Source: a bacterium
GTDB lineage: Bacteria > Cyanobacteriota > Vampirovibrionia > Gastranaerophilales > JBAXKC01
Reading direction: 5' to 3'
Assembly (NCBI GenBank): GCA_037137535.1
Contig: JBAXKC010000044.1
Coordinates: 1 to 19,350, forward strand
Length of the DNA stretch: 19,350 nucleotides
A program made the translations under genes and the position numbers. Below are positions 1 through 7,975 of this stretch, piece after piece. The stretch's first letter is position 1, and every line of letters begins with the position of its first letter. Under the pieces are notes generated by a model, which was given only the letters and a program-made list of their open reading frames with translations, was not told where the DNA came from and ran no database searches.

Positions 1-960
1 CAAGTGATTTTGGATTAACATACAACTTAACAGGTAACCCTGTAAACGCTGGTACCTACAACAACGTTATTGTTCCATCTGCTTTATCTGGCGCTAAATC
101 TATAAATTATAATATTACCTATCAGAATGGTGATTTTGTTATTGACCAAAAAGCTCTTACTGTTAAAGCTAATGACACTAATAAAACATACGGTGATGCC
201 AATCCTGCTTTTAACTCCACTTTTACTGGCTTAGCTTCTTCTGATAGCACGAGTGATTTTGGATTAACCTACAACTTAACAGGTAACCCTGTAAACGCTG
301 GTACTTACAACAATGCTATTGTTCCGTCTGCTTTATCTGGGGCTCACTCTGGTAATTATACAGTTACTTATCAGAATGGTGATTTTGTTATCGATCAAAA
401 AGCTCTTACCGTTAAAGCTAATAACAATAATAAAACATACGGCGATGCTAACCCTGCTTTTAACTCAACTTTTACTGGCCTAGCTTCTTCTGATAACACA
501 AGTGATTTTGGATTAACCTACAACTTAACAGGTAACCCTGTAAATGCTGGTACATACAACAACGCTATTGTTCCATCTGCTTTATCTGGCGCTAAATCTA
601 TAAATTATAATATTACCTATCAGAATGGTGATTTTGTTATCGATCAAAAGGCTCTTACCGTTAAAGCTAATAATGCAAATAAAACATACGGTGACGCTAA
701 TCCCGCTTTTAACTCCACTTTTACTGGCCTAGCTTCTTCTGATAATACGAGTGATTTTGGATTAACATACAACTTAACAGGTAACCCTGTAAACGCTGGT
801 ACTTACAACAACGCTATTATTCCGTCTGCTTTATCTGGCGCTAAATCGATAAATTATAGTATTACTTATCAGAATGGTGATTTTGTTATTGATCAAAAAG
901 CTCTTACTGTTAAAGCTAATAATACAAATAAAACATACGGTGATGCTAATCCTGCATTTA
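1..960 (+). repeat. Near-identical 249-bp (83-aa) intragenic tandem repeat, about 3.9 copies visible, followed by diverged MBG units to ~1380
   Basis: AGTGATTTTGGATTAAC starts at 3, 252, 501 and 750 (period 249); differences are mostly at third codon positions. Confidence 0.95.
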
Positions 961-1640
961 CTGCCTCATACACAGGCTTTATTTCCGGAGAAGACCAAAC
1001 TGTCTTAGGTGGTGCTATCGGATATACTACAGCGGCTACTAACACTAGCTCTGTCAATAATTATGCTATCTCTCCATCCGGACTTACTTCGCTAAATTAT
1101 AATATTGCATTTACAAACGGAACTTTAACTGTTTTACCAAAAGGGCTAACGGTTAAAGCTAATAATGCTAATAAAACTTATGGCGATGCTAATCCGCAAT
1201 TTTCTGCAACTTATGAGGGATTCATAACGGGTCAAGACAAGTCTGTTTTAGGCGGCTCTCTTTCTTTCTCTACTTCAGCAAATAATTATAGTCCAGCTGG
1301 CAATTATACAGTAACTCCATTAGGACTTACTTCAACAAATTATACTATTGAGTTTACAAATGGAAACTTGGTTATTAATCCTAAAATTGTACCTACTGTA
1401 GTGATAGCAGATATTATTGATCCGATTATTCCTATTAAAAAAGATATTGCAAATGACATTCAATTCAGAAAATATGATTATGCTACATTAGACGAGATAT
1501 CTAATAATATTAAATATTCAAACAATGAGATACCAACCATAAAAAATATATCTAATCAGATGCAAATAGAAAATAAAGATACAGTTAATCAACCTATATT
1601 TAATGATACTAAAAATAACAAGAAATTCACCTGGGAATAG
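3..1640 (+). CDS. 3' part (5'-truncated by window edge) of a large surface/adhesin-like protein with tandem MBG-2-type domains
   Basis: Frame 3 reads open from base 3 to TAG at 1638-1640; track ORF 1368..1640 is only its tail. Repeated motif KALTVKANN.NKTYGDANP.F...GF.SGED.TVLGG...NY.I.F.NG.L.V matches MBG-2 domains found in filamentous-haemagglutinin-like proteins. Confidence 0.85.
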   Translation, partial: SDFGLTYNLTGNPVNAGTYNNVIVPSALSGAKSINYNITYQNGDFVIDQKALTVKANDTNKTYGDANPAFNSTFTGLASSDSTSDFGLTYNLTGNPVNAGTYNNAIVPSALSGAHSGNYTVTYQNGDFVIDQKALTVKANNNNKTYGDANPAFNSTFTGLASSDNTSDFGLTYNLTGNPVNAGTYNNAIVPSALSGAKSINYNITYQNGDFVIDQKALTVKANNANKTYGDANPAFNSTFTGLASSDNTSDFGLTYNLTGNPVNAGTYNNAIIPSALSGAKSINYSITYQNGDFVIDQKALTVKANNTNKTYGDANPAFTASYTGFISGEDQTVLGGAIGYTTAATNTSSVNNYAISPSGLTSLNYNIAFTNGTLTVLPKGLTVKANNANKTYGDANPQFSATYEGFITGQDKSVLGGSLSFSTSANNYSPAGNYTVTPLGLTSTNYTIEFTNGNLVINPKIVPTVVIADIIDPIIPIKKDIANDIQFRKYDYATLDEISNNIKYSNNEIPTIKNISNQMQIENKDTVNQPIFNDTKNNKKFTWE

Positions 1641-1705
1641 ATTATAGCAGTGGAATATAATTTTATTTTCTTAGATTAAGCTAATATTATTATTAAAACA
1701 CAATA

Positions 1706-1737
1706 AAAAAAGCAAGATATTAAAAACTTGCTTTTTT
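1706..1737. terminator. Bidirectional intrinsic terminator between the MBG gene and tRNA-Glu
   Basis: AAAAAAGCAAG-N10-CTTGCTTTTTT inverted repeat between convergent genes. Confidence 0.7.
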
Positions 1738-1754
1738 AGTTTAAATTTATAAAA

Positions 1755-1827
1755 TACCCCCAAGGGAATTCGAATCCCTGCCGCCTCCGTGAAAGGGAGG
1801 TGTCCTAGGCCACTAGACGATGGGGGC
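1755..1827 (-). tRNA. trnE: tRNA-Glu (anticodon UUC), CCA not encoded
   Basis: Reverse complement GCCCCCATCGTCTAGTGGCCTAGGACACCTCCCTTTCACGGAGGCGGCAGGGATTCGAATTCCCTTGGGGGTA folds as a cloverleaf; anticodon arm CCTCC-CTTTCAC-GGAGG. Confidence 0.97.
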
Positions 1828-1847
1828 ATAATAGACATTTTATAATT

Positions 1848-1898
1848 TATTCAGTTATCAAGGTATTTCTTTTTTCGTTTCGACTTGTTTGCTGTCGA
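1848..1898 (-). promoter_or_regulatory. boxB-like hairpin plus boxA-like antitermination element in the tRNA leader
   Basis: Minus strand TCGAC-AGCAAACAA-GTCGA (1898-1880), then TACCTTGATAACTGAATA (1865-1848), resembling rrn boxA (CCTTGAnAACTG). Confidence 0.55.
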
Positions 1899-1905
1899 TA
1901 TAATT

Positions 1906-1934
1906 AAAGTAACAAAACATCATTTTGATGTCAA
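1906..1934 (-). promoter_or_regulatory. sigma70-type promoter for tRNA-Glu
   Basis: TTGACA-17 nt-TACTTT, with TG at the extended -10 position. Confidence 0.65.
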
Positions 1935-2125
1935 CTACTTTTTTAAAAAAACTTTTTCAGATATTAATTTTTTTTAAAAAAGTATATGGTTAATAGCAAA
2001 TAAAATTTTCTTCAGACTTTATATAGATAAGAACTTTAAGGAATTTTAAAGACTCATCTTTTTAAAGTTTTTTCTAATTAATTTAGCATGTTAACATTGC
2101 ACAGTTATAATAAATAGGTGAAAAA

Positions 2126-2665
2126 ATGATTACATCTTTTGGGAAAATTCAGCTTACGCCTCAGACAATAAAAATTGATGAACCGAAAAAAAATGACACT
2201 AAAATAGTTACAAACACCTCCAATGCACCTAAAACTGCCGCTACAACTATTGTTGACCAACCTGATAAAGATGTAGTGGAAATAAACACAGCTAAAACCG
2301 AAGCTAAACAAGTTAAAGTGCCTGAAAATAAAACTGAAACAACAGAAGAAAAACCTTCTGAAATTAAAGAAACACCAAAAGAGACAAAACATGAGCCAAT
2401 AGAAGAAAATAAAACAGAAAATGTGAAATCAAAACTTAGCGGAATAATGAAATTTTTGCCTCAGAAAGATGAGAAAATCAGCTCAAAATCAATACTTCTT
2501 GCAAGTACCGCAGCTTCAGGAGTTGCTGTTCTTGTTGGACTACTCAATAAAAAAGTCTTTGAAACCATAGCAATAATTGGAGCTTTCTTCACGCCATACT
2601 TATTAACAAAGGGAGCTGAAATGATAAAAGATCAACATACTCCAAAAAAAACTGATGAGACTTAA
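2126..2665 (+). CDS. Hypothetical protein: long K/E/T/P-rich disordered N-terminus and two C-terminal hydrophobic segments
   Basis: 179-aa ORF with RBS AGGTG upstream and a downstream terminator. Confidence 0.8.
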   Translation: MITSFGKIQLTPQTIKIDEPKKNDTKIVTNTSNAPKTAATTIVDQPDKDVVEINTAKTEAKQVKVPENKTETTEEKPSEIKETPKETKHEPIEENKTENVKSKLSGIMKFLPQKDEKISSKSILLASTAASGVAVLVGLLNKKVFETIAIIGAFFTPYLLTKGAEMIKDQHTPKKTDET

Positions 2666-2689
2666 ATTCAAACAAAAATAATAAGAAAG

Positions 2690-2721
2690 AATGGACAAGA
2701 TCGAACTCTTGTCTATTTTTT
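2690..2721 (+). terminator. Intrinsic terminator
   Basis: AATGGACAAGA-TCGAAC-TCTTGTCTATT followed by a T-run. Confidence 0.7.
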
Positions 2722-2794
2722 GTTTTAATAATACAATTGCGATGTATATATTAACAAAAATCTTAATATGCTATGTAGCTTATAGGGAAGAGTT

Positions 2795-3907
2795 ATGGAA
2801 AATAATATTCAAGTTGAAACAAAAATGTATGATTTACAAACAATAGCAGGTGTTGTTGGCGGATTACTCAGCGAAAATGCTGAAAACTTAATAATTAAAA
2901 CAATAGCTCCTCCAAAACTGGCTGATGAAAATTCTCTTGCAATCGCTATTTCAGAAGATGAAATTGCAAACTTAGCAGATACAAAAGCAAAAGCTGCATT
3001 AGTACCATTAGGTGTTGAAGCAGAAAATATATATACAATTGAAGTTGAGCGTCCTAGACTTGCAATGATGAAACTTTTACACATGTTTTATATACCGCCT
3101 GATAAAGCTGATGGTATTCACCCGACTGCGGTTGTTCACCCTGAAGCCAGATTAGGTGTTAATGTTTCAGTAGGACCAAATGCAGTGATCTCAAGAGGGG
3201 CTGTAATTGGTGATAATACTCAAGTTTTAGCAAATGTTTATATCGGTAAATTTGCTAACGTAGGTAAAGATTGTTTATTCCACCCTGCTGTGTGCATTGG
3301 TGATTTTGTAAAAATTGGTAATAGAGTAATTGCACAACACGGTGCAAGCATTGGAGCTGACGGATTCAGTTTCGTTACAGAAGCTCCTAATACAATTGAA
3401 GTTGCAAAACAAGAAGGTAAAGTTGACGGAGATTTCTCAAAACAAAAAACCTTTAAAATTCCTTCTGTCGGTTCAGTTGAAATATCAGATGATGTTGAGA
3501 TTGGAGCTAATGCAACTATTGATAGAGGAACAGTTGAAAATACCTTTGTTGGTACAGGAACAAAAATTGATAACCTTGTAATGATCGGTCACAACTGTAA
3601 AATCGGTGAGAATTGTCTTATTGTTTCACAGGTTGGAATTTCAGGAAGCTGTGTAATTGGTGATAGAGTTGTTATAGCTGGTCAAGCAGGTCTTGCAGAT
3701 CATATAACCATCGGTTCTGATTCTATCGTTATGGCTCAAGCAGGCGTTAGCAAAAGCTTTGACCCAAAAAGTATAATTATCGGATCACCTGCAATGCCAA
3801 GAAAAGAATTCGTAAGACAGTTAAAAGCTATTAAAGACTTATCAGAGCTAATGAAAGATATGAAAACAATTAAGCAAGTTATTCAAGAATTTAAAAAAGA
3901 GAGCTAA
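2795..3907 (+). CDS. lpxD: UDP-3-O-(3-hydroxyacyl)glucosamine N-acyltransferase
   Basis: Hexapeptide repeats; [19 protein letters not shown] and [15 protein letters not shown] motifs; lipid A operon context. Confidence 0.95.
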   Translation: MENNIQVETKMYDLQTIAGVVGGLLSENAENLIIKTIAPPKLADENSLAIAISEDEIANLADTKAKAALVPLGVEAENIYTIEVERPRLAMMKLLHMFYIPPDKADGIHPTAVVHPEARLGVNVSVGPNAVISRGAVIGDNTQVLANVYIGKFANVGKDCLFHPAVCIGDFVKIGNRVIAQHGASIGADGFSFVTEAPNTIEVAKQEGKVDGDFSKQKTFKIPSVGSVEISDDVEIGANATIDRGTVENTFVGTGTKIDNLVMIGHNCKIGENCLIVSQVGISGSCVIGDRVVIAGQAGLADHITIGSDSIVMAQAGVSKSFDPKSIIIGSPAMPRKEFVRQLKAIKDLSELMKDMKTIKQVIQEFKKES

Positions 3908-3910
3908 TCA

Positions 3911-4723
3911 ATGAAAACAATTAACAATCCAATAATTGCAGAGGGATTTGGCTTAATGACCGGACAACCTTCTAAAGTAGAAATTAAGCCCTCGTTAACA
4001 AAAGGAATTAAATTCTACTCAAAAGGTTCAGAGATTCCTGTTATTGCGAATTACAAATCTGTTGTATCAACTGATAATTGTACAGTAATAGCGAATCAGT
4101 CATCACAGGCAAGATTAATTGAACATTTTATGGCGGCTTGTGCTATTAGTGGAATTAATTCCTTAGAAGTTTTTACGGATTTCCCCGAAATGCCAATATT
4201 TGACGGCAGTGCAAAAAAATGGATTGAATTGTTTAATGAAGCCGGATTAAATCATTCAGAAGTTTCAGAAATCACATTCGATAAACCTCTTTATCTTCAA
4301 GACGGCAATGCTGTAATAAGTTTAATCCCTGCTGATTCTTTTAAAGTTTCTTATATGATTAACTTTGATCATAGCGAACTTAAAAACAGATGGATGGAGT
4401 TTAATCTAAACTCAGATAAAACTGAAATAATTGAAGCTAGAACTTTTGGTTATCTAAAAGACTTAGAGAAATTCCAACAAATGGGATTAGCCTTAGGTGT
4501 AAATATAGAAAATACAATTGGTTTAACAGAAGATGGTTATACAACTGAATTAAGAAGTGAATATGAACCTTTAAAACACAAGGTTTTAGATATTATTGGG
4601 GACTTATTCTTATCGGGATATAACCCGTTAGGTTTTAAATGTCATATATTAGCACAAAATGCGGGACATAAATCCCATGTTATGTTTTCAAAATTAATAG
4701 CTGAATGTTTAGGAGAGGAATAG
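3911..4723 (+). CDS. lpxC: UDP-3-O-acyl-N-acetylglucosamine deacetylase
   Basis: IEHFMAA, PIFDGSA, ARTFG, HKVLDIIGDL (Zn-binding HKxxD) and AGHKSH motifs. Confidence 0.95.
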   Translation: MKTINNPIIAEGFGLMTGQPSKVEIKPSLTKGIKFYSKGSEIPVIANYKSVVSTDNCTVIANQSSQARLIEHFMAACAISGINSLEVFTDFPEMPIFDGSAKKWIELFNEAGLNHSEVSEITFDKPLYLQDGNAVISLIPADSFKVSYMINFDHSELKNRWMEFNLNSDKTEIIEARTFGYLKDLEKFQQMGLALGVNIENTIGLTEDGYTTELRSEYEPLKHKVLDIIGDLFLSGYNPLGFKCHILAQNAGHKSHVMFSKLIAECLGEE

Positions 4724-4725
4724 CG

Positions 4726-5172
4726 ATGAGTGAAGAAAATAAACCTTTTTCTATGGATATAAACGAAATAGCCAAATTAATTCCACATAGATACCCATTT
4801 TTATTAATCGATAGAATAACAGAATGTGTTGCAGGAAAATATGTCAAAGGCTATAAAAACGTTACAATGAACGAGCCGTTCTTTACAGGTCATTTTCCTA
4901 ATAATCCTATAATGCCAGGCGTTCTTCAAATTGAAGCGTTAGCTCAACTTAGTTCTGGAATACTTATGACCTTACCTGAATATAAAGGAAAATTGGCTTT
5001 ATTTGCAGGTATTGACGGTGTAAGATTTAAAAGAGTAGTAATCCCAGGCGATAGATTAGACATGTACGTTGAAATCGTAAAAATCAAAGGGCCTATAGCA
5101 AAAGCTAAATGCTCCGCTTCAGTTGATGGCAAACTTGTTACAGAAGCAGATTTAATGTTTTCAATACAATAA
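4726..5172 (+). CDS. fabZ: 3-hydroxyacyl-ACP dehydratase
   Basis: IPHRYPFLLIDRI and FTGHFPNNPIMPGVLQIEALAQ motifs; ATG at 4726 follows RBS AGGAGAGGA. Confidence 0.96.
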   Translation: MSEENKPFSMDINEIAKLIPHRYPFLLIDRITECVAGKYVKGYKNVTMNEPFFTGHFPNNPIMPGVLQIEALAQLSSGILMTLPEYKGKLALFAGIDGVRFKRVVIPGDRLDMYVEIVKIKGPIAKAKCSASVDGKLVTEADLMFSIQ

Positions 5173-5191
5173 ATAAAATCATGAGGTGCTT

Positions 5192-5998
5192 ATGAATAGC
5201 TTAATTCATCCATCAGCGGTAATAGATCCAAGTGCAGTAATTGGAGAAAATGTTGAAATTGCTCCTAATGTCGTAATTGGCAAAGATGTAAAACTTGGAG
5301 CAGGTGTAAAAATATATCCAAATGCTTACCTTGAATACTGTGAAATCGGTGAAGGTACTCAAATTAATGTAGGTGCTGTAATCGGAACACCACCCCAGGA
5401 TATGAATTACAAAGGTCAGCCTTCAAAAGTTATTATTGGCAAAAATTGCCAAATAAGAGAACATGTTACTGTTAACAGAGCCTCTAAAGAAGGTGAAGCA
5501 ACGATTGTTGGTGATGGCTGTATGCTAATGATAGGTTCACATGTAGCTCACGATTGTAAACTTGGAAATAATGTTATTTTAGCTAACCTTGTATCAGCGG
5601 CAGGATTTGTTGAAATAGGAGATTTCTCCTTTATTGGTGGTTCTGTTGTATTGCATCAGTTTGTAAAAATAGGTGAGATGGTAATAATGGGCGGTTTTTC
5701 AGGAACAAGACAAGATATTCCGCCTTATGCTAAAACAGAAGGCAGACCAGCTGCAATTATTGGAACAAACGTTGTTGGACTTAGAAGAAGAGGTTTATCT
5801 TCCGAAGAGAGAGCCGCTGTTAAAAAAGCTTATAATTTAATCTGGTATTCAGGTTTAAATACTAAAACAGCTATTGAAAAAATTAAAGAAGAAGTAAACA
5901 TGAATCCTTATGTCGAACGTCTTATTGATTTTATTCAAACCAGCAAAAGAGGTGTTGTTAAGCTAGTTGGAAAACAAGAACTGGAAGAAGACAAATAA
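5192..5998 (+). CDS. lpxA: Acyl-ACP--UDP-N-acetylglucosamine O-acyltransferase
   Basis: Hexapeptide repeats; PQD.NY.G, IREHVTVNR, SHVAHDC, LHQFVKIG and NVVGLRRRG motifs; ATG at 5192 after GAGGTG. Confidence 0.95.
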   Translation: MNSLIHPSAVIDPSAVIGENVEIAPNVVIGKDVKLGAGVKIYPNAYLEYCEIGEGTQINVGAVIGTPPQDMNYKGQPSKVIIGKNCQIREHVTVNRASKEGEATIVGDGCMLMIGSHVAHDCKLGNNVILANLVSAAGFVEIGDFSFIGGSVVLHQFVKIGEMVIMGGFSGTRQDIPPYAKTEGRPAAIIGTNVVGLRRRGLSSEERAAVKKAYNLIWYSGLNTKTAIEKIKEEVNMNPYVERLIDFIQTSKRGVVKLVGKQELEEDK

Positions 5999-6005
5999 AA
6001 ATTTT

Positions 6006-6034
6006 AAAAGAGTAGGTTTAGAACCTACTCTTTT
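6006..6034 (+). terminator. Terminator of the lpx operon
   Basis: AAAAGAGTAGGTT-TAG-AACCTACTCTTTT perfect hairpin just after the lpxA stop. Confidence 0.85.
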
Positions 6035-6067
6035 GATTTTGAGAAATAAACTCTAAATTAAAAACAA

Positions 6068-6150
6068 ACAAAAAATATCCCCTTTTTTAAAAAGGGGATA
6101 GAGCATAAAAAGGGGAGTGTTAAGGAGTTAGTATAGACTTAAAGATGAAA
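6068..6150 (-). ncRNA. Candidate small RNA with C/U-rich anti-SD tract and its own terminator
   Basis: Minus strand ...CTAACTCCTTAACACTCCCCTTTTTATGCTC-TATCCCCTTTTTAAAAAAGGGGATA-TTTTTTG; both flanking operons already have their own terminators. Confidence 0.35.
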
Positions 6151-6200
6151 AATATTTTAAAAAGTTCCCAATGCAAACTAACCTGATTAGATTAAAATAT

Positions 6201-6234
6201 AAAAAAAACTGTTCCCCATTATTACGAGAAACAG
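6201..6234 (-). terminator. Terminator of the CODH operon
   Basis: Minus strand CTGTTTCTCG-TAATAA-TGGGGAACAG-TTTTTTTT (stem with G-U pairs). Confidence 0.7.
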
Positions 6235-6270
6235 CATTTATTAGTTAACACAGGTTAGAGAAATTAAAGT

Positions 6271-7497
6271 CTATATATAATTGTATTCTCCATTATCGCT
6301 TGTATGGAAAAAGTCAGAATAATCTATATCAAAAATATCTTTTTGAACATGAGAAATATCTACTTTATGGTCGATAAGATGCATAAATACACCACAGTAG
6401 CTAATATCACCTTGAAAAATAATTCCATGGACAATGTTATCTTTTATAATTGCTTTTTTATATTCTTTTTTATCAGCACTTATAATCTCAGTATAAGTAT
6501 TATCAGGTTTATTAATAAGACCAATTGATATTGTAGGAATTCCAAAGAAATTCATAGAATTTTTAAGACCATATTCGTCTTCAATAACTTTTTCTTGACC
6601 TACCATATTATGAGCAGCAGTAATTGCTTGCTTTACGGCTAACGGCCATATTTGAGATTTACCGATAATATCGCCTGCCGCATAAATATCAGGCATATTT
6701 GTTTCGCATTTTTTATTAATGACAATACCGGTTCTATCTGTTTCGATTCCTGAATTTTCAAGAATTGAAACATTAGCTCTTACGCCTGTTGCCGCAATAA
6801 TCATCTGACAATTAACTATAGTTCCGTCTTCAAGTTTTATTCCGACAACTTCATTCTGCTCATTAGTTAATACTTCCATAGCTTTTAAAGACTTATAAAC
6901 AGAAACACCTTTGTCCGTTAAAACTTTTTCATAAGTTTGAGAAGTTCTTGAATCTAATTGCAGCGGTAATATTCTGTCACTTGCTTCAATAAGATTAATT
7001 TTAATGCCTTTATCTATTAAGCCTATAACAGCATCAATTCCAACAAGTCCTGCTCCTAAAACTACAATTTCATCAACTTCATTTACTTTTTCATTAATGA
7101 ATATTACATCTTCAATATGTCTTAAACCAACAATATTTTTTGCAGTTCTAAGGTTTTGAATTGGTGGTAAAAAGCTATCAGCACCAGCCGATATTAACAA
7201 CTTATCAAAGTTATAAATTTTACCGTCAGAAGCTGTAACAAGTTTATTTTTTGTATCAATAGAAATAACTGATGTATCCTTCACCCAATTAACCGAATAT
7301 TTTTCAAAGAAATTTTCTTCAGAAAAATTAAGTTTTTTAATATCTCTATGTCCACTAATTGCATGGTGCAACATACATCTTGAATAAACATATTTATCTT
7401 TAGATATGATTGTTATATTGCAATTTTTATCAAGTTCTCTGAGCTTTCGTGCACAGCTTATCCCTGCTGCGCTTGCTCCAATTATTAGATGATTCAT
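6271..7497 (-). CDS. FAD/NAD(P)-dependent oxidoreductase (NirB/rubredoxin-reductase-like; CODH-associated FNOR)
   Basis: IIGASAAG (FAD) and VLGAGLVG (NAD) Rossmann motifs, YSRC, TNMPDIYAAGD; ATG at 7497 after GAGGAG. Confidence 0.9.
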   Translation of the reverse strand: MNHLIIGASAAGISCARKLRELDKNCNITIISKDKYVYSRCMLHHAISGHRDIKKLNFSEENFFEKYSVNWVKDTSVISIDTKNKLVTASDGKIYNFDKLLISAGADSFLPPIQNLRTAKNIVGLRHIEDVIFINEKVNEVDEIVVLGAGLVGIDAVIGLIDKGIKINLIEASDRILPLQLDSRTSQTYEKVLTDKGVSVYKSLKAMEVLTNEQNEVVGIKLEDGTIVNCQMIIAATGVRANVSILENSGIETDRTGIVINKKCETNMPDIYAAGDIIGKSQIWPLAVKQAITAAHNMVGQEKVIEDEYGLKNSMNFFGIPTISIGLINKPDNTYTEIISADKKEYKKAIIKDNIVHGIIFQGDISYCGVFMHLIDHKVDISHVQKDIFDIDYSDFFHTSDNGEYNYI

Positions 7498-7501
7498 AGA
7501 T

Positions 7502-7954
7502 TTACTCCTCTTCATCCATGTAAAGCGCACCTGTAGGACAGCTTGCTACGCAGCTTGGAATTCCCGAATCTTTACACATATCGCATTTCATTATTTTACT
7601 TTTACTGCGATCGTCTGTTTTTAAAACTCCATATCTACAATTCATTACACACATGTAACATGATGCACACTTATCGGCATCGTATTCGACATAACCTGTA
7701 TCAGGATTTTTGCTCATCGCTCCGCTCATACAAGTATAAACACACTCAGGCTCTTCGCAGTGTCTACAAAATATAGGGGTAGGATGATTATGAGAATCCA
7801 TAGTTATATGGTTTCTACATTCAAGCTCACTATCGCTGAGGTTTAACTCATAAATGGGCTTATTCTTTCCACCTTCAGAGTGGGAAGCCATACACGCAAT
7901 AGCACAACTCAAGCAGCTCATGCATAACTCTTTTTTGATTTTTATCCTTTTCAT
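7502..7954 (-). CDS. cooF: CooF-like 4Fe-4S ferredoxin subunit
   Basis: Four Cys groups (CMSCLSCAIAC, CRHCEEPECVYTC, CASCYMCVMNC, CDMC...CVASCP); lies between cooS and the oxidoreductase. Start could alternatively be GTG at 7966. Confidence 0.85.
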   Translation of the reverse strand: MKRIKIKKELCMSCLSCAIACMASHSEGGKNKPIYELNLSDSELECRNHITMDSHNHPTPIFCRHCEEPECVYTCMSGAMSKNPDTGYVEYDADKCASCYMCVMNCRYGVLKTDDRSKSKIMKCDMCKDSGIPSCVASCPTGALYMDEEE

Positions 7955-7975
7955 GATTTTTCTCACTTTAAGTTA

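Noticed and set aside
1..960. Regular repeats as a CRISPR array
   Set aside because: The period is 249 bp, in frame and fully coding, with no unique spacers and no cas genes.
1368..1640. 90-aa ORF as a separate gene
   Set aside because: It is the in-frame C-terminus of the frame-3 ORF that is open from base 3.
1700..2125. tRNA-anchored genomic island or prophage attachment site
   Set aside because: No integrase, and no duplicated tRNA 3' end noticed in the window.
6122..6186. 13-codon plus-strand ORF (MKNILKSSQCKLT, 6145-6186) after AAGGAG
   Set aside because: The SD-to-ATG distance is about 17 nt and no plus-strand terminator follows.
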